Source: Felis catus
Taxonomy: Eukaryota
Assembly (NCBI RefSeq): GCF_018350175.1
Contig: NC_058369.1
Span: 2,606,001-2,670,000, forward strand
Reading direction: 5' to 3'
DNA: 64,000 bases
Shown: piece after piece, positions 48,591 to 60,937 of the stretch
How the letters are laid out: every line of letters starts with the position of its first letter
How positions within the stretch are numbered: position 1 is the first letter of the stretch
Position numbers and translations under genes: made by a program
The notes under the pieces: model-generated
Databases searched by the model: none
What the model saw: only the letters and a program-made list of their open reading frames with translations
What the model was told of the DNA's origin: nothing

Positions 48591-48920
48591 CACGTTCATG
48601 AACCCAAGTTGGGAGAAGCCTCGGGCTGGGTCTGCCGCCCCCCCTCCCTCCCCAGGTGGGGACGGGGGACATCTAGGCGGACCTGGCCAACTCCTCCCTT
48701 GCCCGGCTCACCCGCCTGCCCCCTCCTCACATCATACTCTGATCATAACCTTGTATATTACGCAGTCATTTCGGGTTTTGCAGACGCGCCTACCTAAGTA
48801 CCATTTACAGAAAGTGACTCTGGCTGTTATTATTTCGTTTGTTTGTTTCCCTATGCAAAAAAAAAAAAAAGAAAAAGAAAAAGAAAAAAATGAAAAAAGG
48901 GGGGGTTCCGTAAAAGATTC

Positions 48921-48980
48921 AATAAAAAGCAAAAAAAAAAAAAGAAAAGAAAAGAAAAAGAAAAATGTATAAAAATTAAA
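48921..48980 (+). terminator. Candidate distal NFIC poly(A) signals AATAAA (48921-48926) and ATTAAA (48975-48980)
   Basis: Two hexamers with a TGTA between them and T/GT-rich sequence downstream. Confidence 0.65.
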
Positions 48981-51679
48981 CAAGCTTAAGCTTCGACTCT
49001 TTCTGACTGTCTCGGGTCCTTTCTGTGCTGAGTGTGGGCCGTTCTGTGCCGGAATGAAGGGCAGATGCCGGGCCAGTGGCCTCAGGAAGCAGGGACCCCA
49101 GCACTTCGGAGAATCGGGCAGGTGTTCTGAGGTCTTTAGATCAAGTGTCCCCCAGAGACACTCCACAGTGTCTGGAGACATCCGTTGACAGGGGGTGGGG
49201 GGGTGGGGGGGGCACGGATGCTGTTCAGCCCCCCACATTGCCCGGGACGCCCCCGACAGAGAGTGATCTGGGTCCAGGTCCTTCCTGCACGGTCCCTAGT
49301 GGCTCCAGTGGTCTCCCACTCCCAGGATGGGCCACTTCACACCCCCCAAGCCTTTGCCCTGCTGTTCTGCTCTCTGCAGCCTCCCCTCCCTACGCAGACC
49401 CTTCAGGTCCTCCAACATCCTCTTCCTCCGGGAAGCCTGCCCGGGTTTCCCCCACCGGTCTCGGATTCCCCCAGGGTCTTCAGCCAACAAACTCCGTGGT
49501 TATCTAGGGAGCACCTGCTCTGTGCCAGGAATCTCCGCCTCCCCACCCCCCCCCACCACCACCCCGGCTCCCAGGACAGAAGCTGGCACACAGACGATGC
49601 TCCATAACATGCAGGATGCGTTCCCTCTCTTTTTCCACCTGTCAAAGTCCCATTCATTCAGCAAAGATTTCCGGAGCATCTGCCGAGTACCAAGTACTGG
49701 GGACACGGCACGGAACAAAACGCCCAAAATAACCTGCCTTCAGAGCCGTTACAGCTCCAAGTTGCGGAGATGCAGGGTAAACAATAAAAATCAGCAAGAT
49801 ACATATCGGAGGAGGTAGGTGCCAAAGAAGTAAAGCAAAGTAAGGGAAGGGAGAGTGGGCCTCACATGAGGAGGTAGCATCTAAACAAAGACCTGAACAG
49901 AAGGAGGGAAACAGCCCTCTGAAAATCTGACAGATGAGTGTTTCAGGCAGAGGGCACAGTGTGTGCAAAGGCCCTGGGGTAGGACCCCGCCTGGCGTGTT
50001 GGAGGAACAGCCAGGAGACCGGTGTGGCTGAAGCAGAGGGAGGGACTGAGGAAGGAGGGGAAGGGACAGGGCAGGTCCTGCATGCAGGGTCTTCTGGACC
50101 ACCGCCAGGACTTGGGCTTTTCTTCCAGGAAGGTGGGAGCCCTGGAGGGCTGTGGGCAGAGGAGGCTGGGACCTCACTCGGTTCCAACACCCTCTCGTCC
50201 AGGGGGCCTCCCCCACCTGCCTGGGCAAAGCCCCCGTTCACCCTCCGAGCTCCCAGCCCCCAGCCCCCAGTCTGTCCCACCCTGGCCCTGGTCACACAGG
50301 GCTGGCAGTGCTCGTGTCCGGTTCTCCCCCAACCCCAGTAGCCATGGGGGCTTCTCAAAGGCTGGGGGCAGATAGGAGCGAGGCTGTGGGGGCACAGCAG
50401 CATTGCAGGTATGAGGGGCAGTCACTTCCCTTTCTTGGGGGGGCTGGGATCTCCGAGGCATTGCCCCTCATCCTACGCCCCCATTCCAAGTCCCCCAGAG
50501 ACCTCCAAGAGCCCCCCAATTTGGGCAACCAGAGCTCTCTGCTGCACAGGCTCCTTCCATACTCCAACAGACCTACCCGGGAGGGATGATTACATCCCTT
50601 TTTACTGATGGGGAAACTGAGGCATATAGAGAGAGGACGCACAAAGGGACCAGGCACAGTGCCCCTACACTCCACGCAGATGCACGGCCCCACGCCGCCA
50701 ACCAGATAGGAACAGACGACAGTCGTCGAGGGAGGGGGGGGGGTCCGAGGCAGCCCAGACCCCACCTCTTCCCGTCCCCTGCCCCATCTTGGACAGGGCT
50801 GGGTGCTTCTGCCCTCGGCAGCAAGGTTCTGGCGCCCCCTCGTGGACGGGACGGGGAGCTGGACCCAGAAGCCAGTCTTGGGCGCAGGCGTGGCAGGCAG
50901 CCCCCAGCCACCTGCGCCCTCACCCCCACCCTGCAGCCCAGCCCCTCCCCGCAACGAGATAGGGGGCCCTAGCAGGAGCTTCTTTTGCGGGATGAAGGTT
51001 CAGCCTGTTGTGGGGGCTCAGACAGCGTTGGGGGTCATTTGGGGTAGGGCTCATGCGGGATGGGGGCTCGACCCCCATCAACCAGAGGTGGGGGGGTCAG
51101 TCTGGAGCTCAGCCCAGGGTGGGGGGCTCAGCCGGGGTCGGGGGTCACTCAGGGCTGTGGGACTTCACCAGGGGTGTGGGGCTCAACCCAGAGTGGGAGG
51201 TCAACCGGGCTTGGGGTCCTCAGACCGGAGGTCAGGGCTCCGCTATTTAGCGGGGGGGGATCTCCAGGAAAGCGTCTGTGGTTTTGGATGTTGGCCCCTG
51301 AGGTGATGCAGTTCTTGGCTTTGGGGGGGGGGAGCTGTCCCAACACTGCAGGCTGTTCGCCGTCCCCTGGGCCCCCAACTAAATGCCATACAAGGGACGC
51401 GGGCTTGCGACAGCGACAAAACGCTCCCCGCCCCATTTCCAGACGCCCCTAGAGGAGAAGTCCCGCCCCTGCGGAAGGGGAGGAGCCTACACGGCCCCGC
51501 CCTTCTCGCGACCTCTCCGACCTCCGCTCCGCCCCCACCCGGAACCCCCGCGTCGTCCGGACCCCAGAGCCGCAGTCCGGGTGCTCACGCTGCGGCCTTC
51601 TAGATCCCCCAAGCCTGTTCGAGGACGGCCGTGCGCCCGGCCCCATCCGCGCCGTTTCAGCATCACAAAAAAGCTGGCA

Positions 51680-51685
51680 TTTATT
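51680..51685 (-). terminator. Candidate poly(A) signal for the SMIM24-like gene
   Basis: First minus-strand AATAAA I found downstream of its stop (~730 nt); it lies in an old-repeat-like context. Confidence 0.3.
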
Positions 51686-52416
51686 CGACACCTTTTGGGT
51701 TCCGGGTTCTGTGCCCAGGATTTTTGTGGACATCATTTCACTTCGTCCTCATGACAACTTATAAAGGACCAAGTTATTTTCCTCTCCCCCCCCCCCCCTT
51801 TTACGGGACAGGACACTGAGGCACAGAGACGTTAAGTTACATGCTTAGGGCCGCACAGCAAGGACAGAGCCGCGGAGCCGCCACCCAGAGGGCAGGGCAG
51901 GAAGAGGGGGTGATGACGCCGCGTCTCCTCCCAGCCTCGGCACCCGCACGCAGTCCCAGCTGGGGGGGTGGGGGGGTGGACAGTGACCAGAAACTCGGCA
52001 CGCGGTGGGAGGGGCGCTCGTCTCCCAGGAAACCGCCCTGCGCTCCGCATCGGCTGGAAGTTCTTGCCCAGAAGCAGCAGAAGCGAGATTGCAGAAGGAC
52101 TGGACCGGGCCTGGGCCCTGCAAACACTGGAGAGCCAACTGCACGGTTTCTGCCCCACGTCCCTCTTGCCAGTGAAAAAGGGGGCTGGGGCAGGATGTGC
52201 TGGGGAAGGGGACGCAGAAACGCCCAGGTAAATGCAAAGAAGCCTCCCAGAGGGACTTGGGGTGGGTCCTGAGCGCTCCTCATTCAGGGACCCTTCACCC
52301 CGAACCCCACATGGGATAATTCCCCTGGCCCCAGGACCGGGACTTTGCTTGCAGAGTGCAGAGCAGGCATGGGGGCAGCCCTGGAGGCCTGCCTGGAGGA
52401 GGCAGGCGAGACACCT

Positions 52417-52543
52417 TCATCTGGAGGAGCTCACCACTCCTTCACGGTTTGGAGGCACCTCTCTCTCCTCCAGCTCCAGCCCCTGGTCACCCTCTGCTTC
52501 TTTCTCCTCCTTTCTCACACTCCCCACGTCCTCCTCTTTGTTG
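52417..52543 (-). CDS. SMIM24-like paralogue, last exon (127 nt): NKEEDVGSVRKEEKEAEGDQGLELEEREVPPNREGVVSSSR*
   Basis: CCCTTCTCGTTTCCACAG acceptor in phase 2; charged tail with GLELE; 16 nt identical to the SMIM24 last exon (52468-52483 vs 55151-55166). Confidence 0.75.
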
Positions 52544-53149
52544 CTGTGGAAACGAGAAGGGTCCAGAACACCTCACTTAATAAGGACTTCCAGCGCTCCC
52601 GGCCTCTTGCGATTCTCCCAGAACCTCCCAAACCCCCACGCTTTGTTGTTCCCATTGTACACAAGGGGTGCTGAGGCTCGGACAGGTTAGGACCCTTGCC
52701 GGAGCCCCCCTCCGGCCCCCCCCCCGTGAGCTACAGGAGCCCCAACCGTCCTGAGTCTCAGAACTGCAGGTGCCCCAACAGGCAGAGAGCCACGGAGATG
52801 GGTGCGTGGATGGGTGGCTAGGTGAGCGAGTGGCTGGGTGACAGAACAATAGAAGGCCACGTGGGTGGACGGGGGGACAGGTGGACGGTCGCACGGGTGG
52901 ATGGAGGCAGCAGCGATGGGGGCTGGATACACCCGTCTCCGGGAAGCCTCCTCGTTTTCAGGTGAGTAGTCAGGAGGGAAGTCCGTGAGGTTATGGGAGG
53001 CCCCATCGGTTCTGAGTCCAAGAACCCCCCCCCCCCCGGCCCTGCCCTGCCTGCCTCCTCCGAGGCTCTGGGAGGAGAGGGGAGAGACTCCCGGGGGGGC
53101 CGGTGGTTCGGCAGGGGAGGGGGGGGGCTCAGGCTCAAAGGGGGCCCAC

Positions 53150-53261
53150 CTGTCGCGGGCCTCTCTGCACCAGACGGCGTAGACCACGGTGAAGACGAAG
53201 GTGAGGAAGAGGGCGGCCAGCGCGGCCCCCAGCCCCACCAGCCACGGCTTCCTCTGGGCCA
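53150..53261 (-). CDS. SMIM24-like paralogue, exon 2 (112 nt): (L)AQRKPWLVGLGAALAALFLTFVFTVVYAVWCREARD(S), TM helix
   Basis: CTGAC branch site, CCGCAG acceptor, AG|GTGGGC donor. Same length and phases (1-2) as SMIM24 exon 2; ungapped KPWLVGL...WC alignment. Confidence 0.8.
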
Positions 53262-53346
53262 CTGCGGGCGGGGCGGGGCAGGGTCAGAGGCTGGGCCACC
53301 GGGTGGGGACTCCCTTCCCACCTCCTCTCCCTCCCAGAGGCCTTAC

Positions 53347-53425
53347 AGGGCTGTGCCTGAACCAGGCACGGGACCAGAGCTTCCAGAAGGGAGACCCGGC
53401 CAGTGGACATCCAGAACCTGTCCAT
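53347..53425 (-). CDS. SMIM24-like paralogue, exon 1 (79 nt): MDRFWMSTGRVSLLEALVPCLVQAQP, signal-peptide-like
   Basis: ATG in strong context (AGGATGG), with a second in-frame ATG at 53410. Ends VQAQP (SMIM24 has AEAQE) with a phase-1 T|GTAAGG donor and an 85-nt intron to the next exon. Confidence 0.6.
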
Positions 53426-54683
53426 CCTTGTGGGTCTGTCCTCGCCTCTCTCCAGTAGGTTCTGGGGTGCCACCCCCCCCCAGAGGAGGAAGTGGCCTGC
53501 CCAGGATACCCCGGGGCAAGGTGTGGCTGGTGTGGCCGGAAGTGAGGGGTGGGGCCCCCTTCTCTGGATTCGGGGCCTGCCGGGGAAGGGGCCTCAGGGT
53601 CCCAGGCATCCCAGCACCCTGTCTCCCTGAGGACGCCCCCCACTCCCCACATCCAGAGCCGGGGTGGGGCTGGGGGAGAGGCTGAGGAGAGGTGGGGAAC
53701 TCCTTCCCCGAACACCTACTGTGTGCCAGCACCTGCAAGGGTTCTTAACCCCTGGCACCTCCTTTGTGCCTGATGTCTTGTCCCCAGGTTGCAGAATTGC
53801 GTCTGGCATTCCAGAGGGACACGGTTGTCCCAGCTAGGAAGCACAGCCTGGAACTAGCACCCCGCACCCCAACCCTCCCCGTCCTAGGACATTCATCTCC
53901 GAGTGTGACCTTAGCTAGAGCCTACAAACTCCCTCATCCTTTGGGTGGCCTGGACTTCCATCCCCGCTCTGCCAACAGCAGCCAGCGACACCTGGCCGGT
54001 GACCTCTGTCGTTCTGTGCTTTGGTATTTTCAGCTGCAAAATGGGACAGATCGCGTCCTGCTGACCGAGGATGAAGCTGCTAGGGGGTGGCTGGGAGCAT
54101 CTCTCAGGGCCTTTACTACCTTTATTTTCTTTGTGGCTTTTCCACCCCCTGCTGGACGGTCCTGGAAGTGTTCTTGCACAGAGGCTCCCTGCCTTCTGGG
54201 TCGCATCCCACCAACCCCAGCTACGGGCCCCAGAACCGATCCGGGATGCCGGCCTTTATCAAGGTCCCCATTAAGAAATAGTTAACATCCAGGACAAGGC
54301 CCAGGGCCCGGAGAGGCGGAGGTGAAAAGGAAGCTGGAAACTGGGAGGAGGAAGCACTGTCCCTTCCCAAGACAGCAGGGAACCCTGCGGCACCTGCAGC
54401 CTCCCAGACCCAGTTCCCCAGGATGGAGCCACGTGACCCCGGGGGGTGGAGGAGCGGCGATTTCCCAGGATACGGCTCTCTGGGGGCTCAAAGTCCAGGG
54501 CTCAGGGCAGCAAACTCGAGATTGCACGCAGATTGTGCCGGGTGCCGGGGCATCTGGGCACGGGGCAACTTGCTGTTCCGTACCCGCACAGGCATTGGCC
54601 CCGACCCCCAAAGCCGCCTCCCCCAGGGGGAAACTGAGTCCCACGAGACAACAGGGGCCCTTCTGGAGGGCTCTTATCAATTC

Positions 54684-54689
54684 TTTAAT
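54684..54689 (-). terminator. Candidate SMIM24 poly(A) signal ATTAAA (alternative AATAAA at 54121-54126)
   Basis: Minus-strand hexamers ~415 nt and ~980 nt downstream of the stop. Confidence 0.4.
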
Positions 54690-55102
54690 GCAGATCCCCA
54701 GAAGGCAGCCCCGGCCCCGTGCTGGTCCCGGGGCGGAGAGGGACGGGGGAGGTTCTGGACAACAGATATCAGGGAGAGGGAAAAGAAATCAGGCAGTGGG
54801 TAGAAGTAGGTGGGGCCAGGAGATGGCAGAGGTCCTGGGGGTTTCTCCATAACCAAGAATGTGCTCCAAGTCCAGGAATCACTAGGCAGACACATCAGGA
54901 AGGAGGACGGATAAAGCCCACGCGTGTAGCGCACGGAGAGCCCTCCCTGAGGGGCAGGGCGAGTTCCGCCAGTCTTCTTTCTGGGAGCGGTGTTCTCAAC
55001 TCCACGCGGAATGTCGGGGTGGCTTCACATCCAGGTCATTGCTTGTATGGTGTGGAAGGGGTACCTCTGGGGGGCTGCCTGGAAGAAGTGTGTGGTGAGT
55101 CT

Positions 55103-55247
55103 TCACATGGCCGTGTTCTTGACTGTCTCATCATCTCCGGGCTCCTCCTTCTCCAGCTCCAGCCCCAAGTTTCTCTCTCCTTCCTTCTCAGCCTTCTTCT
55201 CCTTCTCCTCCTGTATCTCGTCTTTCTTCTTCCTCTTGTCTCTTTCA
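55103..55247 (-). CDS. SMIM24: SMIM24 exon 4: (S)ERDKRKKKDEIQEEKEKKAEKEGERNLGLELEKEEPGDDETVKNTAM*
   Basis: ATACAG acceptor in phase 2; charged tail ending in a class I PDZ-type motif T-A-M. Confidence 0.92.
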
Positions 55248-55452
55248 CTGTATGAATACAAAGGCCCCAGACCACGATAAGAAACAGAGTCGCTCGTATT
55301 TAATGGACACTTTCATGTGCCAGGCCTTGTGATGAGTGTTTTAGAAAAAGTATCTTTGTTGAGTCCTCGAAACAGTCCTTGTGAGGAAGGCTTATCTCTT
55401 TTTCGCAAAGGCAGAAACTAAGGCTCAACCAACCATCCCATGGGTGGGCAGG

Positions 55453-56191
55453 TGGATGGATGGGAGAATGGATGGATGGATGGATGGATGGATGGATGGA
55501 TGGATGGACAGATAGATGGATGGAAGAATGGATAGACGGATGGATGGATGGATGGAAGAATGGATGGATGGATGGATGGATGGATGGATGGACGTACAGA
55601 TGGATGGACGGATGGATGGATGAATGGATGGAAGAATGGATGGATGGATGGATAGACGGATGGATGGAAGAATGGATGGATGGGTGGATGGATGGATGGA
55701 TGGATGGACGGACAGACAGACGGACGGATGGATGGATGGAAGACTGGATGAAAGAATGGATGGATGGATGGATGGATGGATGGATGGATGGATGGATAGA
55801 TGGATGGATGGAAGAATGGATGGATGGACGGATGGGTGGATGGATGGAAGAATGGATGGATGGATGGATGGATGGATGGATGGATGGATGGATAGATGGA
55901 TGGATGGATGGAAGAATGGATGGATGGACGGATGGGTGGATGGATGGAAGAATGGATGGATGGATGGATGGATGGATGGATGGATGGATGGATAGACAGA
56001 TGTATGGATAGAAGAATGGATGGATGGATGGATGGATGGACGGACAGATAGACGGACGGATGTATGGATGGAAGACTGGATGAAACAATGGATGGATGGA
56101 TGGATGGATGGATGGATGGATGGATGAAAGGATGGACAGATGGATGGATGGATGGACAGATGGATGGATGGAAGGATGGATGGATGGATGG

Positions 56192-56224
<33 letters not shown>

Positions 56225-56930
56225 CGGATGGGCAGATGGATGGATGGATGGATGGATGGATGGACAGATGGATGGTTGGAAGAATGGATGGACGGATGGA
56301 TGGATGGAAGAATGGATGGATGGATGGATGGATGGACGGATGGGTGGATGGATGGAAGAATGGATGGATGGATGGATGGATGGATGTACGGATGGATGGA
56401 TGGATGGATGGATGGATGGATGTACAGATGGATGGATGGATGGATGGATGGACGGATGGATGGAAGAATGGATGGACGGATGGATGGATGGAAGAATGGA
56501 TGGATGGATGGATGGATGGATGGGTGGATGGATGGATGATGGACAGAAGAATGGATGGACGGATGAATGGATGGAAGAATGGATGGATGGATGGACAAGA
56601 TGGATGGATGAAAGAATGGATGGAAAAATGGACAGACGGATGGATGGACAGACGGATAGATGGATGGATGGATGGACGTACGGATGGTTGGATGGGTGGA
56701 TGGATGATGGACAGAAGAATGGATGGACGGATGGATGGATGGAAGAATGGATGAATGGATGGATGGATGGACAAGACGGATGGATGGAAGAATGGATGGA
56801 AAATGGACAGACGGATGGATGGACAGACGGATGGATGGAAGAATGGATGGAAAATGGACAGACGGATGGATGGACGGATGGATGGATGGGTGGATGGATG
56901 ATGGACAGAGGAATGGATGGACGGATGGAG
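55453..56930. repeat. Compound (GGAT)n tetranucleotide array, ~1.5 kb, in SMIM24 intron 3
   Basis: Directly visible; interspersed GGAAGAAT, GGAC, AGAT and GGGT variants. Confidence 0.99.
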
Positions 56931-57800
56931 GAACGAACAAGGCAGGGAGGAAACTACCAACATAGGAACCCTGGTGGATTCTACAACCTCCAGCACATCT
57001 GGGGAGTGGGAATCACATTTCGCTGGAACTGCACTGGGTCTTAGACAAAGCAAGCCATCAGGCCTGCACCTCTCCCGTACATTTTGGTCTCAAGTGAGAA
57101 TCTTCCAGTCAGACTGGCCTCCTCCCCTCTCCTGCCCTCCTACTCCTATCCCCCAACTTTTGCCCAAGTTGAGATGTTGTACCAGAAGGTCCCCCGCCCT
57201 GCCACATCCCTGAGCCTTCCCATCAGAATCGTGCCTGGAAGCAGTCAGGACCATAGGAGGCACTGAGTCCAGGAGAGTCACCCACAACAAAGCACACGCT
57301 TGTGCACAGACACCTACACAATCCCACACCACCGTCTTATTCAACACATATTTGCCAAGTGCCTACTGGGTGCCGGGCCCTGTGCTGAGCACTGGGCACA
57401 CAGCCGGGACTGAAGCTAAGTTCTATTCATCAATTGGAAGCTACCGTGTAGTGTCGAGAAGGCAGTAAATGACTAAAAGAATTTCAGCTGGTGTTAAATG
57501 CAAAGAAAAACGCACAGCTACGGGACACAGAGCGTCAGGAGAGCTGGTAGTCAGGGTGGGCTTCTGTGAGGAAGAAAGATCTGGGCAGGGACTGAAGGAG
57601 GAGCCAGCCGGAAGATACACGGCAAAAAGGTGTTCCAATCAGCGAGAACAGTAGGTGCAAAGGCCCTGGGGCGGGAATGTGCTTGAAGTGTTCAAGAGCC
57701 GGAGGTCATCTGTGCCCACCCGTGCCTCCCCACCCCCGGAGAGGGCGCACACAGACCCCCTGACCCCGCACACAGCCACCCACGTTCACACAGGCGGTAC

Positions 57801-57860
57801 CTCAGGTCCACATCCTGGTTGGTCTCTATTCTGAACCTGGGCTCCCCCTCATCCTCATCC
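57801..57860 (-). CDS. SMIM24: SMIM24 exon 3 (60 nt): (R)DEDEGEPRFRIETNQDVDL(S)
   Basis: TCTCTCCTACAG acceptor, AG|GTACCG donor, phase 2-2; resembles remembered human AEDEEETTFRMESN. Confidence 0.88.
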
Positions 57861-58056
57861 CTGTAGGAGAGATAGAAACGGGGCGGTGGGAGGTGAGGGG
57901 GGGTGAAGGGCAGGAGGTAGGGAGACCCTCGGCCCCTCTGCCGTGAGCTGGGGCTCACGAACTACAGAAAGGAAGGCAGGTGTCCTGGATTGTGAGGTGG
58001 GGGTCTGAGCAGCGACAGGGAAATGGGGAGACAGAAGAAGGGACCAGAGAGAGTCA

Positions 58057-58362
<306 letters not shown>

Positions 58363-58637
58363 TCAGAGACCGGCTCTAGAGACCAGGAGGGGGCTAGGGG
58401 CTGTGACAGGCAGGATTGGCCTCAGGGACGGGGAGGGAGGCCCAGAGGGAGTGGAGGGGCTGGGGGGGGGCGCTCCAAGAGGGGCCGGGCCCCATTCCTC
58501 ATCTCCCTGCCCCCTCCTCTCAGAGGCCTCAGGTCCTCATCATGAAAAATGGGGAGAAGGTGAGCCTTTGGATGAGCCCATCCCACAACCGCTCCCCACC
58601 ACTCCCCCGCCACCTCGGGTCCAGGGCACAGCCCTAC

Positions 58638-58704
58638 CCTCCTGAGCCTCGGCAGGTGACAGGAGCAGGGCGCTGAGCAGGAAAAGGGTCTCCAGGGTCC
58701 CCAT
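58638..58704 (-). CDS. SMIM24: SMIM24 exon 1 (67 nt): MGTLETLFLLSALLLSPAEAQE, signal peptide
   Basis: GCGGCCATGG Kozak context, hydrophobic core with an AEA cleavage-like site, G|GTAGGG donor. The four exons total 384 nt = 127 aa + stop. Confidence 0.92.
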
Positions 58705-60241
58705 GGCCGCGGAGGAGCCAGCAGCAAGGCACAGTCAAGGTCAGGCCCGGTCTAGGCCCTGCCCAGCCCTGGATACAGCGGCAGGCGGGCCCAGGGGTGG
58801 GGCAGGCCCAGACCCGGAGGGGGCCCTCCCTCCTCCCCTCCCCACCGGGAGGTCAGACTCTGGACCTGAAATAACAATTAACGCGGGGAGTCCAGCCCCC
58901 TCCACCCTGGGCCCTGCCCCAGGACCCAGCCTCCAGGCTCCCAGGCTCCCTGCGGCAGGGGCCCGGCTGCGATGGGCCTCCACGCATCGCTGTGTCTCCG
59001 TCTCCGAACTCCCCACAAAATGTTATGCCCCCATGTCGTAGAGAAGCTCGAGGAGGCCAGGAGCACAGAGGTCACACGGAAATTTTGCGAGCTGGGATCT
59101 GAACCCCGGTCACCCAGAGCCAAGGCTGGGATGAGCACAGGGACAGGAAGTGATGGGCCGCGTGCCCACCAGGCATCTCCAAATCCACCCACGCCCTTAT
59201 GGCTGGAGAATGGGTCAACCAGGCAGCCGATGACTCAGGGTCCAGGCTCTCCTGCCCGTCAACCTTGGTCCCCGGGGCTGATTAGATAGGGGACCCTGCC
59301 CAAGCGAGGGAGTGCTGCAGCCCAGCCGTCATGGGACAGCCACGGCCCGGGCACGTGGCAGGAGGCCCGGAGTGGGGGCCTCTGCAGGGCCCTGGGGGGG
59401 GGGTCCGGGGGGCACTGGGGGATAACAGCGTCATTGCACATGGCCTTATGGAGGGCCTACGCATTCCTGGGGCCTCCTCCCTCCCTGCCATCTGACTATA
59501 GACTACAGGCCACCCAGCGGAGCGGTGGAATTCAAAGCGAGCCCACCCCGACCACCCAGGCGGTACGTATGAAGCCCCTACTGTGTGCCCTATTCTGTGC
59601 AAAGCTCAGACGGGAGGGAGGAAGCCTCAGGCACTGTCCTCCGGGAATTCTCGGGTTAGCTGGGAAGTCAGGACCCCCCCCCCCCGACCCGGGGACCGGC
59701 AGATCGAGCGGGGCCCAGCAGCAGAGCCTGGGAAGGAGGCCGGGGTGGGGACCGAGCAGATCCGGAAGACCGGGGGCAGAACCCCGCCTTGGGGCTTCTG
59801 CTTCCAAAGGCAAGTCACAGAACCGGCCTCTGGCCACAAAAAAGTTCTCTCTGCTGCAAGCAAGTCCTTTCTGGGCTTCGTGCCTCCACTGTCCCATCTG
59901 TTAAATGGGGGCAAGTGAGTCCTGCCCGCGAGGATCACAGGGAAAAGGCTCACCGAGCACAACAGCAGGCACAGGCTAAGCACTAGGTCACGGTTAGCCA
60001 CCATTATCACTCTTTTAAAAACATCTTCTTGGTGGAGGCCGGGCGGGATTAGGCTCTGGGGCCAAGGGGGAAACAGGCGGGAAGTGCCAACCACGGGGAG
60101 ACCTGCCCGCCGAGAACGAGAACATTCTGTGCCAAGACAGGGCAGATCAGTGGAACAAGGGGTCCCGTGCGCCCAAGTCGAGGCTACACAACCACCAGAG
60201 GGGTTCAAACCCGGAGCCCGGGCCAGAGGGCAGGGCCCAGC

Positions 60242-60937
<696 letters not shown>

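Larger units (their letters stand above)
43063..49000 (+). other. NFIC: NFIC long 3' UTR (end approximate)
   Basis: About 6 kb after the stop with no SINEs, containing A-rich blocks; it ends at clustered AATAAA (48921) and ATTAAA (48975) followed by a T/GT-rich stretch. Confidence 0.7.

Noticed and set aside
52930..52990. Possible exon-3 equivalent of the paralogue (DFPPDYSPENEEASRR)
   Set aside because: No suitable AG acceptor, the phase does not fit, and there is no clear similarity to SMIM24 exon 3; exon 2 joins the last exon in frame without it.
52687..53262. 191 aa ORF as a single-exon gene
   Set aside because: It begins at a GTG overlapping the splice acceptor, and similarity to SMIM24 stops exactly at the donor after 53150; the rest is intron read-through.
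53510..53609. Alternative first exon for the paralogue (MPGTLRPLP..., phase-1 GT)
   Set aside because: Not hydrophobic and has a weak donor (GTATCC); the 53425-53347 exon has a better donor, Kozak context and signal-like ending.
55300..57053. Long ORFs (546 aa, 542 aa, 326 aa) of HPSI / MDGW repeats
   Set aside because: Translations of the (GGAT)n array, which lacks stops in most frames; the array is intronic.
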